Assembly: GCA_040357565.1 (NCBI GenBank)
Contig: JBDODJ010000025.1
Length of the DNA stretch: 64,000 nucleotides
Origin: Cercozoa sp. M6MM
Lineage: Eukaryota > Protista > Endomyxa: Ascetosporea
Direction: 5' to 3' (one strand)
Both the position numbers and the translations under genes were made by a program. Within the stretch, counting starts at the first letter, position 1, and each line of letters begins with the position of its first letter. The notes beneath the pieces are model-generated. The model did not search any database. It was given only the letters and a program-made list of their open reading frames with translations, and was not told where the DNA came from. This document shows positions 40,407 through 54,543 of this stretch, one piece after another.

Positions 40407-42578
40407 CTAATGGTCAGCAGCGACAGGTAAACGAAGCAGCAGATGCGAAACGACGGAAGACGAGTCGAAGAGCACGTCCTGTCGTAGTGCTAGCCTCAGA
40501 AAAACCCCATGGGCGTCGAATTGGATGATGTCGGATGTGTCCAACGAGCGCGCAATGTCCAGCATGCTTCGCCAGTGCACCGATTGCGCAGTCATAACAC
40601 GCACCTAAAAAAGAACGGCCCAGTCACTTTTCAATAAAGAACTGCAGCGTAATTATCAGAAAGCGAAGACAACGCACCCGTGCAGTACCGACGAGAATGT
40701 GGTGCAATTGAGCACTGAGTGGCAGTCTTGACAGTCTGGAACTCTCCTTTTCTTCAACGATGAGATCCTGCTTTCGCACTCAAAATGCGCAGAATCAATT
40801 TCATTCAAAGTGTACCACAGGGTAGTGCATGTCGAGTTTGATAGCCGGAATTTGCAAAGGTGCACGCGCAGTCACGACGTGTTCCCAATGCTGTTCGAAG
40901 TATCTCAGAGTCCATTCCACTACCGACAGGAAGCGCGCTCGCAAATCGAAACGTCCTCGAGTGCTCTGTATCATCGTTTGCAACGTCTCAGAACTAGCAA
41001 AACTCTGCAACGCGACCGATTCAATGAGCACAGGATCTAAAAGCAATTTCGCCTCGAGCAGCGTTGATGACATCACCGAAGATGTCCGCACGAATAAGCT
41101 GTGCATACAGGTAAAACCTTCTGCCAGTGTCGAACTGACAAATGCTATAGTAACTGAAAACCTGAAGCGGTCGGACTTGGGAGCCGAGCAAACAAAACTT
41201 TCAGTCGGTGCCTTGATAAAGAAGCTAAGATATACAGCTCATGGTTAGTACAGGATACATTTGCGTAAAACACAGTTTGTAAATACAAGACTTACAAGAA
41301 ATCCCTGCCCCAAGGTGAAGGTGTGACGAGACGCAACTGAACGTTGCCACCTCGATCGCGCGAGATCAGCGGCTTTTCTTGGCTCGTGTCTTAACAGAAC
41401 TGATCAGTTGGGACTGTTCCGACAAAAAGTTTGTGTACGTGGTGCCGGAGTCCGTGGCAGGAATGCCATCAGTTGCGACAGGGCGTTCATCACCTCACTT
41501 CGCGAGAAGCGTTCGTGTTGAACGACGAGATTGACATAGACGGCACTTTTGTCGCCAAAAGCACCACTCAACCGAGTTTGAAGCGGGTCCAGCACAACAG
41601 CAACCGTGCCCGCTAATGCCGAGTTTTGCTGTCGCAGTGTTTGCTGGTCGATCATTTGAGCCACTGAACGCTGCCAGTCCTTGAACGCATTTTGGATCTG
41701 CCCACTCCAAACATTGTACCTGTAATTGTTTTACTATCTGCATGTGTCCGACTGACCATAGAATTGAGATGTTGAACGGCGTGACTGCCATGGTTTCGTG
41801 TTGCTTTGACTGTCGCCACCGCTTGGGCCAGGTGCGACAGACCTTTGGCGCTCAGCATGTGGCGAGACAAGTACACGGCGAGAGCCGATTCACTTAAGTC
41901 CGCCCGGCTGTCGGTGAGCTGAGTATCCGTGTGCTGAGTGTGCATGCTCGCAAAACTAGAAACTGATGCTGTGTCACTGTCGGCGACACTTGATACCGCC
42001 AGGTCTACAGTAAAATCAGGCTTGGACAAAACACACTTCAGTTTCCATCCAGTTGTACAATGCACCTGTGCTGTATGCGTCGAAACTAGATTGGAAGGCC
42101 GCGGGAGGAGCTGGAGCATACCAACTTGGAAGGCCCGGCGCAAAATATGGCGCTTCGGGCACTGACCACTCGTATGACGCAGGGAACGGAGTCTGCGAAC
42201 CCAGAGACTGGACGTCATAAGGTGCAGGAGGCACATCAAAGTAGTGCTGCGGGTGCGGCTCCTCTTTGAGCAGTAGCTCCGCCTCATTCGACTCTTCAAG
42301 CTCACTCGCCGCGCAGGGAGAGCAAGGCGGAGCCGAGCTGGAACGACAGGTCTGCACAAAAAACTGTCGTTAAGAAACGACGATGCCTAAGCACTAATCA
42401 TGCGCACGTGTGTAATTACCGAACCACGACACGCTGACGCTAGCGACAGCGCGCCTAGGAGTGCGACAAAGATGCGCATACTGTGTGCCTATTTCGAGTG
42501 TACGGAGTAGATCGAGACTCCTCTAGCCGAGTACAACACAGAAGACACAGCCACTTTCGACTTTCTGGCTTTTGGCAT
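40407..42578 (-). CDS. hypothetical protein (multi-exon)
   Basis: A series of protein-like minus-strand exons (42016-42357, 41652, 41404, 40801, 40407 ORFs). No family recognised. Confidence 0.45.
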
Positions 42579-42733
42579 GCACGTGCCCGCCACCAAGGTC
42601 TGCGTGCCGCCGTGCGCTGACGTCGGACGTTCGGTTGATATATACTCGCAGTTGAGTATGTCAGATCGAGTCAATCCGAGGCATACCCTTGGGTGTCTGG
42701 TATCGTTTAGGTAGTTACTGTACCGTACCCCTT

Positions 42734-43276
42734 TGTTACGAAACGGTATCTTCCATCCGGCCAGTCAGATCTCTGGTGCTCCGCGTGGAAGAAAGCTATT
42801 CATTGAGCACTTTGAGAAGTGTGGTGTATTGTGTTTGTCTGGTATCCTGACCTCTCCGAGAGTGTTGCTAACCTCCTTACCCTGTGTTTGGTAGACTGAC
42901 CTCGAAAGAGCAAGATTTTGCTCCTTTCCTGAAAAGGCTCTCTACTCACCAGGTAAAGCACCTCTCCAGGCTCCAGTCCTTGCACTCTCACGTAATCCCT
43001 GTTGCTGTCTTCCCAGCACAGAGAGCTTTTCTTTTTCTCCTTTACGTCCCTCCTTCTCCTTCCTTCCTTCTTCTGACTACCGGGCCTCTCATCCTTCCCG
43101 ACCAGTCTACTTCCTGTACTTTGCCGACCCTATCTTGGGGTAACTACATCTGAACTGACTACGTCTACTGACTCAATTCTTCTTCACATCGATTCCATTT
43201 GTTTCTTTAGTCTTTTTCCTGGCATAGTACTCTTTCGCACTACCAAAGCCTCAATTTCTGAAAGGCTGCGGTAACA
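42734..43276. mobile_element. solo LTR-like insertion (543 bp) with a 4-bp target-site duplication
   Basis: Ends are TGTTAC (42734) and GTAACA (43271-43276), a TG..CA inverted terminus. CCTT flanks both sides (42730-42733 and 43277-43280). The block is non-coding and visibly CpG-poor relative to neighbouring genes. Confidence 0.65.
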
Positions 43277-43452
43277 CCTTGATGATTCTCCCCATATAAG
43301 ACGACCAAAGAAATAAAAACGCCCCCCAATCCGGGACAACCTAATGCACAGGCAGTGGCGGCTACGATCCGATCCCTCACGTTACCGAGCTTGATTACTG
43401 TTAAGTAAGCGAAACGAACTTAACTCTAACGTCGAACTGAGTCGCACTCCCC

Positions 43453-46400
43453 TCACAGAAAGTCGGCCAGTGCGTCAGCGTCGTCGTTGGGCGGCGGGTT
43501 GCCGCTCTGCTGTGCGTGCTCCTGCCTCACACAGAAACAGCCATAAATACAATCACCTACTGATAGACACAACAGTAGTCGTGTACCGCATTGCGCAGTG
43601 CATTTCGCAACTCTCGGCGCTAACATCAGGGAGTAAAATAGGGCGGGGGGGGGGGGAAAAAACAGAGGCTACCTGTCCGCGCACGTCGTGAGGGTCGCGC
43701 AGCAGGTGCTCTTCCTGACGCGGGTACAGCGATGAATGCGGCCAGTGCCATCCGCCGCCACTCAATGTCGGCAGCAGGTCTTGTTGTTCCTGTAATTACC
43801 CCTTACCCCCTACCTTACCCCAAGTCTACCCCCCCCCCCCAACGTACCACTGGCTTGAGGCAGATAGAAGAGGCGTCGCGCAGCATCGGCAGTGCCTCGT
43901 GTCTGGCGCAGTGTCGCACTAGTGTCAGCATGCGCGAACACACTTGTTCGGCCAGAGCACGTGCTCCGCGCTGACGCAGGAAACGCTGCAGTGCCGCCGC
44001 GCTTTCGCGCATCGGAAGCGTCGGCCAAAGCTGAAATTTACCGGTTATATTCCCCTTCTTTTACCCCCCAAAAAAGTCTACCTGTTGCAACTCCTTAAGA
44101 AGAGCGGCGTCTTCAAATCGATCGCCTTTGCGACTACGGGGGAGGGGGNNNNNNNNNNNNNNNNNNNNNNNNNNNNNNNNNNNNNNNNNNNNNNNNNNNN
44201 NNNNNNNNNNNNNNNNNNNNNNNNNNNNNNNNNNNNNNNNNNNNNNNNAAAAAACGCAAGCTACGATTTGTTCTTCTTGGCTGCTGCTTGCTTCTTTCGC
44301 TCCTGTTACGGGTAGGGGTTAAGGGGGTAACAGGGGGGGAGGGGGAGTATACCAAGTACTGCCTGCGCTTCTTGTTTCGCTTGCGGTCCTACAAATGAGG
44401 GAAGTAAAAGGGGTGGGGGGGGGGGGGTAAAGTGCTGCAACCTGCTTGGACTGCGTCGAGTAGGCCGACACAAACGACGAGAGCGACGACATGGCGGTCG
44501 ATGCCGTCGACAGCGAGTTCCACGTGAAGCCACTCGCCACACTGGCCGCTTCATCGCCGCCCTCTGCCTCTACACAACAACCAACAAATCAAAGCTTCCT
44601 TTCAAAGCAAAGCTTCCTCGAAGTAACGAAGCAAAACCAAGTCTTCAAGTCGAAACTACAAAACAAAGCGAAAGCAAAGCTACCCATGACATCGTGCTGC
44701 TCCAGAAGCAACTCAGCCTTGCTCTTGCCGAAATCCTTGTCCACCAAGCGACGCGCACGCAACACACTATATAAGCAAAGCAAACTTCAGTTAGATCAAC
44801 CAGCGCAAGATGAACCAAAGTGAAAACGCAAAATTCGCGAAACAAAGCGAAAGCATGCGAAAGAACACGAAACGAATGCGAATCTTGTGAAATAAAGCGA
44901 AAGCGTGCAAAGAAAGTGAAAGAGAAAAGAAGCAAAGCGACATTAATCTTGATACCGAAGCCGCTGCATGATTTTGCCGATCTTCTCCTGCAAAGTAAAA
45001 AACAAATCAAAGCAAAGCAAAGCAAAAGCTGCAAAGCAAAACTACTGGCGCTTGTTCGAGTGACTGCACGAGTTGCTCGGCATGTGCGCAGGCTGCCCGA
45101 AGCACCTGCTGCGTCCAATCGTCTTCGCTCTGCCCAAAGCAAAACTCAACTTTGCTTTTTCAAGCACTAAGCGAAAGCTTTGCACCTCTCGGAACAGAGA
45201 GCAGGCGAGAATGTCGACGGTGTCGAAATCGCTCTGTCTCACGAGCGACGCGGCACACATCTCCACGGCTTCACTTGTGTCTACCAAAAAAGAGAGTTGC
45301 TTTGAGTTGCTTCGAGTTGAGTTGCTTTGCTTGAGTTGCTTTGCTTTGAGTTGAGTTGAGTTGAAATGAAAGCGACATACCCACGCCCAAAGCGAGTCGA
45401 TACGGCAGAACGTAGCGACACAAGAGATCGCTCAAACTGCGATCGTCAACCTGCTTGAGACACAGCTGCCACGCCGTGTCATGCACCAGTTTCGGCACCA
45501 CCTGACCTTCGACCCTGTTGTTGCTGTTTTCGACAGCATCCGCGCGGAAGGCCAGTCGCATCGCAAGTGACACGCACTTCGCCTCCACGGCACACTGCAA
45601 CGCTTTGCCGTAGTCGCCCACCTCGGTCAGCAGCAACGCCGCACGCTTCGCACTGCCTCCTGCCGCTCGCAAAAACGCCGCTTCCGCGCGGATCACCGCC
45701 GACATCATCTCCTGTGCAGAGCAAATGTAAAGGAGACAAACTAACTGACAAAACTAATTGAACGCAAATCGAAAGAAGCGAAAGCAAGCGAAAAAATCGA
45801 AGCGAGCAAACGAAAAAGCGAAAGCAGCGAAAGCCAAAGCGAAAGAAGCAAATGAAAGGCGCAAGAAGCGAAAGCAAAAGCAAAAGCGCAAGAAGCGAAA
45901 GAAGCCAAAGCGAAAGAAGCAAAAGCGAAAATACCGGCAAATCGGCGAAGAGACGTCGCGCGAAAGCGAAGCGTTTCTTCTGCTTTGTGAGTTTGAGCGC
46001 CTTTTCGCGAATCTTCTTTCGTTGCTCCTGCACCGTCGACTGCGCACATGTGCGATTTAACACGAATTTCGCAAAAGCATCGCAGGGAATTTCGAGCGAC
46101 TTTCGAGCGACTTGAAACAGCTTGGAAAGCTTTGAAAGCTATAAGCCTACCGAGTCCGGGAGCGAAGCGAGACGCGCGAGCAGATCGCGACAGCACTCGA
46201 GAGCGCGATCCGAGTCCTGCAGGTACTCGGCGATGGCCAAGGCACGAAGCTCACTGGACGGAAAGTAAGGTAGGATACAGTGTGTAGGGGGGGGGGTTAA
46301 AACAAAGATACGCCGACTGGAGCGCGCGGAAGCGTGCCAGAAGCGGTTCGAACTCGGACGGGTCCAACATGGACTCTTGCGCCGCATTGCGTGTGTGNNN

Positions 46401-49400
46401 NNNNNNNNNNNNNNNNNNNNNNNNNNNNNNNNNNNNNNNNNNNNNNNNNNNNNNNNNNNNNNNNNNNNNNNNNNNNNNNNNNNNNNNNNNNNNNNNNGGG
46501 GGGGGGGGGGGTAAAGAGGGTCAATGGGGGTATAAACGCTACCAGGCATGCGTTGCAGCAGCGTGAGCGCAGTCCGATAGTCGGGTCGACTCTGCTTCAA
46601 CAACGCCGTGAACAGCGACTGCAGCGGCATCACCGTCGCCGCACTGATACACAGCGATCAACAAAAACACAGTGACCACGTGATCGATCACTACCTATAC
46701 TGATCGATCAGAGCATGTGCCACTTGCTGCAACACCGCGTCGCGTCGACTGGTCACTGCCGTCTCTTCTGTCGNNNNNNNNNNNNNNNNNNNNNNNNNNN
46801 NNNNNNNNNNNNNNNNNNNNNNNNNNNNNNNNNNNNNNNNNNNNNNNNNNNNNNNNNNNNNNNNNNNNNNNNNCCCCCCCCCCCCCCCCCCCCCCCCCAA
46901 AAACCCTGGAGCTGCGGCACGCGTCGCTCATCGAAGCCGATCGAATCGAGGAACTGTGCGCGCGGATCACGACGGTACCGCGCAGTGTGATCGGCACTGT
47001 GATCGGCACTGTGATCGGCAACATCATCCGACTCACGCTCAACCGTGTCGGTATCATCGGTGCAATCGATCAGCGAGTCGGAACCGTCGGAAACCGTATC
47101 ACTCAGCGTGCACAGCCACTGCGCCAGCGCGGCGTCTTCGCCCTGGGGGGGGGGGGGGGAAAGGTTGGGTGGTGGGGGGGGGGGGGGGTAAAACCTCCAG
47201 CTGCCGACACAGCGCGGCCGCAGCGTCACCACGCGTCCACTGCCGCAGCCAGCGACACGCCACGTCGCTCGTCGACGGTCCCAACATCAGGTTGCCTGCA
47301 CAGCCAGACAACCTTGTTTCTGCACTCTACTTTCTTGCAACACTATCTGTTGTACCACTCACGCGGTTCGCACGGCACAGCCACCTGTCCAAAGGGGGGG
47401 GGGGGGTAAGGGGTGATATGGTAAATGAGGCAAGACTCACACAGCATGAGCCAGCTGCCGCTGCTGCAGGCGCCGACGCAACTCGGCCAGTACCATGGCC
47501 TGCAAAAAACAACAATACACACAACAGCAACAAAACGAGAAAACAACAACAAACAACAAACAGAAAACAACAAAAAAACAACAAGAAAACAACAAAACTA
47601 GAAAACAACAAGAAAACAAGAAAAACAACAAGAAGAAACAGCAATCGCAGCTACCTTGGGCCGGATGATCTCGAGGTTTCCGCGCGGCTGCTGCAGCACC
47701 ACGCGTTCGCAAAGTGTGTGCCGCGCTGCTCTCCGCGCGGACATAAACAACAAGAGAAAACAACAAGAAACAACAAAAAGTACGCGTCCGCGCGGACGGC
47801 GGCAGAAAACCGATCAGCGAGGCGCCGCGTTCGACGCAGCGGAATGACGCTTGCGCCGTCTGAAAAACAACAACGATTTTGTTGTTTTTCCTAACAGTGA
47901 GGGAGTGTCCGCGCGGAAGCAGTTGTACCTCGCCAAAAACGTCATCGAGCGCGGTGCGCAGATCGAGGTAAAACGACACCTGTTGCGGGCCGACCTGTCC
48001 ATTCGTACATACGACACGTCCAGTTGTACATCCGCAATTCGTACATTAGACAGTCCATTTGTACATTGGACAGTCCATTTGTACAATTCTATTAAGGAGA
48101 AACCCACCATGGCCAAGAAGACCAGGAAGTCGCGACTCAGCGCAAAGTCCGTGCTGCGCGGCCGGGGGGGGGGGGGGTAATGTGAGGGTATATATATATA
48201 TATATGGGTATATGTATAGGGTACATGTATACGGGTAGATGTATATGGGTATATGTATTGTATATGTATACGGTAAATGGGGGAGGGAGGGGGGTAAAGG
48301 GCACTCACCATTGCGACGCCAGCACCTCGTAGCCCAGTCTCAGGTGACCTATCTCACGAGGGTAGAGGGTGTGTGTGGGAGAGGGTAAAGGACGGTAAAG
48401 CAGCCTACCGGCGTGGTCGAGCGTGCAGAGCAGCAGCTGGTCCCGGAGCGAGATCACTTCGATCTTGCGCAGACGCCGCGGCAGCGTTTTCTCCGTGTCC
48501 GCGCGGACACATGGCAGCCACGCGGACGGCACCGCCTCGGCGACGGTACCACCGAGCGCGTCCACCGTCAAGAAACGATCGTTGCGCACGTGCAGTACGA
48601 CGACGGTGCCGCCACGTGTCACTGCGACACCGTCAACACGCGGCACACTGACACGTGCGACGGTTCCGTCACTGCGCGCGATCAACAGCCACTCACCGTC
48701 GGTGGAACCGTCGCCGAAACCGTCTTCACCATCAGTGATCGCAGTGATCGCGAAACCGTCGCAGTCACCGTCAGTGGGACTGTCACTGGGCAGAGCGATC
48801 AGTCGCACGTGTCGCACCGTCGATTGGCCCAGCGGAACCGTCGCAGTGACAGTCCCACTGGCCAGGTCGAACACGTGCGCCACACCGTCGCGTACGGCCA
48901 CTACAGCACGTCCGCGCGGATGCAGTGCGACGTGCGAAACGCCATGCAGTCCACTGGCGCTTCCGCGCGGAACCTGCAGCACGGCGTGACACATCGGCGG
49001 CGGCACGGCGCCCTTGACGAGGTGCGACACCTTCAGCTGCGCGCCGTCGATCACCACAACGCTGCCGTGCTGCGACTCCACGCGCGACCGCACGTGCACT
49101 TGCGTCAACTGGAGGGAGGGGGTAAAGGAGACAAACAGGGAAGGGGTATAAGTGCTACCATGTTGTCAGTGTGCGCACAGAGCAGTCGATGGTGCTGCTC
49201 GGCATCTGGCACAACTACGCACAACGCACACTTAACTTAACTCAAAAGCACCCTTAAATATTGCTGTACCCGACGCGTACGGCAGTGTGTACTGCCAGTA
49301 CCTACAGTGCAGACATAAACAAGCTTGTGTGTGAGGTGGGACTCACATACCAGTGGTAGTTTTTGCGACGCCAGATCTGCGTGACGCATTCACCATCGAC

Positions 49401-51502
49401 TGGAAGAGGGGGGGGGGGGGCGGTAAACAGGTATAGGGGGTACAGAAAGGACAAGGGTTAAGGAAATACCGAGACGACGCAGCGAGATGCACAGAAACTG
49501 CGAGTCGCCCGTCCATGTCACACCTAAAATACAGGTAGAGAGGTAGGGTGGTAGGGAGGCAGGGAGGTAGGCAGGCAGGTAGGTAGAGAGAGGGAGGTGG
49601 GTAGGTGGGTAGGGAGGCAGGCAGGTAGGTAGGTAGGTAGGTAAGTACCTGTAACAAGAACCTTGTCGGCATCGGCCGCCTCGTCGCGCAGGAACAGCAG
49701 CGCACCGCGTCGCAGTCCGTTGCGCTCGTAGAACACCACGACGTTCCGCTTGGCCACCTGGGGGAAGGGGTGAGAGGGCGGGGAGGGGGTAAGGCAGAGT
49801 ACAGACTCATCGACAGCTTCGGTGTTGCCGCAGTCTTCGATTTGCTCCTCGAGAATCTCGTCCTTCTCCAACCGCCGCTTGTCAATACTGCTGACCTATT
49901 TGTACCGTCCATTTGTACCGTCCATTGTACCGTACAAGTTTTGTTCCAGAAAACACTAAGTGTACTGTTGTGTTGGTGCAGTGCTTCAAGGACGCGTCCA
50001 TCAAGAACGTGGACTGACCACAAACATAAACAAAACAGAAGCCACTAAGAGCAAAAGTACGGCTGCAGCGATGATTGAACCGTCGGGACGCCATGCGAAA
50101 TGTCTGCAAAAGAAACGTGATCTGTCAAGATGCAACATCATGCGAACAAACACACCGAGATGGTTGTACACGCGGCCACAAGTGCTCACTCGTCGATACA
50201 CTGCCTGTAGACACCGCGAACACAAGTTAATTTTGCCTATTATCGAAAAGCAAACAAGATTGTTTGCACCGCCAGTTCGGTCAAAAACGCGAAACCGACG
50301 ACCGTTGTTGCCTCTAAGACAGAAAAACTGTACTCCAAAACGTGTTGGGACACAAACAAAGCGTTACTCGGAGGAAACGGCAAAAAACTGCGAATCGCCA
50401 CGCCAACAGATTTCATGATTTTCAAGTGATTCGTCATCCTGCTCTGCTGCTGCGCTTTCCGGCGCATTTTCCTGAGAAAATCGCAATAGCACAGGCACGC
50501 CACAACAAAGGCAGCCCAACAAAGGAAGAAGTTTCAAGCACCTGTTCGCGCTTAAAAGCGTCGAAAGCGTGAACCGGCGTTTCGTTGGGATTTGTGCTTT
50601 TGTTCATCTGGAAAAAGAAAAAACTTAAGACTGGCGAAAAAATAAACACAAGAAAACTGGTACGATCGGGCTTTCGCAAACAACGTCAAAATCGGTGGTC
50701 ATTAGCATCACTTGAGCAGCACCCGTTGCAATGGCCAGAAGCTCTTGGTCGGGCGACCACTGCGAGAAAACAAGATTGCATAAGAATCCAGTCGAAAACA
50801 AGCGAAAAAGTACGCAAGCGTGATCAATGCCGTCGTCAATTACGCCAAGAACTTCGCCCAGCGGTCGCATTTCGCCGCCTTAAGTTTCAAGACACAATAA
50901 TTTCGGCAAAGACCAGGCGAAAACACTCGCACCAGCGTAGCCATCGGCATCGCGACCCAGTGATACTTGCACGATGGCGCCCATTGACGTCACCAGGATC
51001 ACTGTGAGTTTAGAATGTGTAAACAAGAAATGTAACGCTGAGCGGGAACTACCTGCGTCAAGCTCAGACAGAAACGCCATCGAAACAACCGTATCAGCTT
51101 CGTCAAGCAGCAACTGAAACAAAACGCAGTTCAGTGTTTGAATTAGTGCACTTGACCCAGAAAATAAACGCAGCGCTTACCTCGTTCTGAATCAGTGGCA
51201 CAGCGAACCGTGTTTTGTCGTTTTCGACACACATCAGGAGCTGCTCATCATCCGCGCGGACAACCGCAAAGATCAGTCCCGACGGTGAATCCCGTACGTA
51301 CTGTGTCGAATATCCTCAAAAAGGATTCAAAAGTGCATTTGCTCGATAACATGGTACCTGTTCGATGCTTCGAATGTCGTGACACCCGTCATCCTGACAC
51401 CAGAACCCGAGAAAATACGAAACAGTCGGAACATGTGGGACACCCAGAAAATACCTGCGCGAGTAGCACGGAGTGGCTTTCGACCACCTCTAGATTTTTC
51501 AT
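43453..51502 (-). CDS. ELP1: Elongator complex protein 1 (IKI3 family)
   Basis: Start MKNL, then WSPDQELLAIATG...MTTDFDVVCE, ISWRGDSQFFAVS, FAWRPDGSIIAA, VVFYERNGLRRG, IWRRKNYHWY and VIDGAQLKVS...VPPPM. Many introns and three N gaps. Confidence 0.9.
45539..48971. repeat. cluster of the dispersed palindrome TCCGCGCGGA (8 perfect copies here; 3 more at 51251, 63817, 63918)
   Basis: Exact matches read at 45539, 45683, 47732, 47787, 47908, 48498, 48911 and 48962. Confidence 0.85.
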
Positions 51503-51691
51503 GGTAGTCGTCACACACACGTGCACTGTCACGATGTCCGCTGAAGCGTATAGTATTCTGACTCGGACCGCAGGATTTTTTTTGTATTCTGCCCGTTTGA
51601 CTAGTTTTTATGTGGCTATCTGATGCTGAAGCTGCTGTCAAAGATAGATCCTAAATTGGGTGCTGGCGCGTGGGCGTAGTTGTTATTAACC

Positions 51692-52459
51692 ATGAGGGTT
51701 AACGAAAACACGTCGCTCGAGGGCGAAAGAGTGCGCCTTGTCCCGTATGAGAAAAAGCACGTCGAGACGTATCACTCATGGATGGAAGACCCTGGTAGTC
51801 TGCAGAATTATGTGACACGAAGGCTTTGGATACGTAGGGTTTCTGTAGTGTTGCGCGAACAGACAGCGAGCGAGCGACTGACGCTCGAGCAGGAGTACGA
51901 GATGCAGCAGACCTGGCGCGCCGATAACAAGTGTATGTTCTGTCCCAGTCCACATGCATATGTGGACACTCTTGTGTACGTGTGCAGTGCTGACCTTTAT
52001 CGTCGTGGAGAAACGCGACACTGGCAGTGATGTGGATAATATGGTGGGCGACATCAACCTCTTCTTGCCGCGGTTCGCCTGCGAGGACCCCGAGAAGGCT
52101 GAGGTCTCGCTGATGCTGGCAGTTCCAACTGCGCGCGGCAAAGGTTTCGCGCACGAGGCTTTCGAACTGCTGCTGGACTTTGTGCGCTCGGCCGCAAGTC
52201 ATACCGAGTCGACCGATAAAGATGATACCGCTTCACAGATCACTGACGAGTGGAGACACCTTGCGCAGGTGCGAGTCATCCAAGCGAAACTCGGCGCGGC
52301 AAACCTGGCCTCTCGGTATCTTTGTTCTTCTGCGTCTTCCTGTTTTCTGGCCATTTTTGACCTTTTATTTTGATCAGGCACTTTTTCGAGCGTCATGGTT
52401 TCCAACAAGTTGACTATGTTGAAGTCTTTGACGAGTACACCTTCGCCAGGCAACTGTGA
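51692..52459 (+). CDS. NAT9: GNAT N-acetyltransferase 9-like
   Basis: MRVNENTSLEGERVRLVPYEKKHVETYHSWMEDP..LREQTASERLTLEQEYEMQQTWRADNK.LTFIV...MVGDINLF...AEVSLMLAVPTARGKGFAHEA. Confidence 0.92.
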
Positions 52460-52771
52460 TCCTAATTTTATTGCGTTGAACTAAACCAACAGCGTAGTAC
52501 CATACATATGTGTCTACATATCATACACTGACTCGATTGATGGGAACCCACTCGTTCGGGCGGCCCAATTTTTCTGGAAGTAGACAGGTGTGAAAAATAA
52601 AATCACTTCTAGAAGTTGATGTGGTGCTAGGACTAGGAGTTCCAAAACCACAATCGACTCGGAGACTAAATTTAGATGTCTAGACCACGCCTGAGGTTGT
52701 AGGAATTCGATTCGGTTCAAACCAACAAGAATTGTCGGGCTTTTTCTTTAATGCGGGCCGATTAAATTAGA

Positions 52772-54250
52772 TCAGTTAATGGCCGGGCATACGTAGCTTC
52801 CGGGGTTGCTCGGATCTTCCATACAGACCTGGAACTCGTCGAGATCGACCGTATCTGGCATGTCGCATTCGTACTGAGAGCCTGGTGTAAGGCACGCTTC
52901 ACCCGCAGCAAAGAAAGCGCAAAGAGCTCCTGCAGGCACACCGCATGTGATAGGGCCGGAACAGGCTTCGTCGTGCGAGCAGACCAATTCTAGATTTCTT
53001 TCCTGAGCCAGTCGCTTCAAGTACGGCGTGAGCAGACACTGAGATGAACTGGCGTTTGGGGAAGCAGGCCCGCACTGCCCAGAGGCGCACTCCGACGAAT
53101 CGGAACACGAATCCAGGTACTTCCGACGACACCGCAGGACACCGTTCGGGTTGGGAGGCGATTCGGTGTACCCTGAGTGAACGTGGAGAGTGATGTCTCT
53201 TTTACTGTACTGTAACTTCGAGTGAGAGAAAGAAACCAGAGTTGGCACAGACCAAGTCGCCTGCACACGGGTCGTCGTCAAGGTAATCGTAGCCTTCCAA
53301 ATCGCAGACTTGGTTGAGCGACAATCCTGAGGGCGCATCGCATTCGAACTGACCTACCGACGCAAATGTGCAGCTGCCCGACAGACACTTTGTGTCGTCA
53401 CCAGTGTTCCCGGTGCCGTCGGGTTCATTTCCGCACAGCTGGTCGCGAGCTCCCAGGCACTTTTCAGAGTCGGGCTCGCAAACTGCGCCGCTCGGACAGT
53501 CCAAGCGGGACGAGCATCCTGTGAAACCGAGCGGCAAGACGCAAGTGCCGGACATTTCATCGCAAATGCGTCCTCCTACTAAGGCATTATGCAATCCAAG
53601 CAAATGCAAAACAGTATCGTAATTTACCAGTGCAATCCTCGTTCTGCACACAAATTGACAGGCAGGTCGAGGTGCCGTCAGCGTCCACGCAGAGAGCCCC
53701 AGATGTCGCATCGCACTCAAAGTCGCACAAACATGTGGTCCCTGTCGCCTTTGCACCCTCTGGCGGACAAGGGTCGGGTTGCGGCTCTACTAGCACTCCC
53801 ATTTGCGTGCAAGAGCAGAATGTTGTGGTCGTTGTGGTCGCTGCTGTTGTCGACAACGTGGCCGATGTTGTCGCTGTCGTTGTCGTCGTCGCTGTCGCTG
53901 TCGTTGTCGCTGTCGTTGTCGATGTCGCTGTCACTGTCGTTGTCGTTGTCGTTGCCGCTGGTGCCGTCGTTGTCGCTGGCGTTGTCGATGTCGCTGGCGT
54001 TGCGTTGTCGTTGTCACTGTCTCTGTCGTTGTCGCTGTCGGTATCACGTGTCTTATGCGAGCAAGGCGGAACAACGCATTGTTCATGTACTAAAATGAAT
54101 CGCACACAGCTTCACTAGCAGCGGTGTTTTTTTGAAACATGCCATTGACATTCGGATAATGGCGTTTTGCTCTCTCACTGAATGAAGACTCGGAGGATTC
54201 AAGCGCGCGTTTGCCACGAATGCGCCAAAAGTCAGTCCCAGGAGCTTCAT
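52772..54250 (-). CDS. secreted Thr-rich (mucin-like) plus cysteine-rich repeat protein
   Basis: Signal-like MKLLGLTFGAFVANA (ATG 54250), a poly-Thr stalk at about 53820-54040, and repeated CxxxxDC modules (CVQNEDC, CSSRLDC, CSDSSEC). Confidence 0.7.
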
Positions 54251-54543
54251 TGGTACTTTCTGCGGTGCAACCCTCCCGACCGACTGTTTGAGAGACAACG
54301 GAGAGTTTAAGTTACGATCCCGCGTTTCGTGCGCGTTTCGCGTACCGTACCCACGGATGGTCAAATTAGTGCGCAGCGAGAACGTAGTTGGTTTCTTAAT
54401 AGATTATATTAATCCCTCGCCTCAGATTTACGCGCAATTTCGTGTCCAAGTAGGTATGTCTCGTTTAGCTATTCCGGATTGGCCTGGGCCGACTGAGCAT
54501 TGTCGTCGGGAAGCAACGCGCGTAAGCGGGGCCGGTAGCACTC

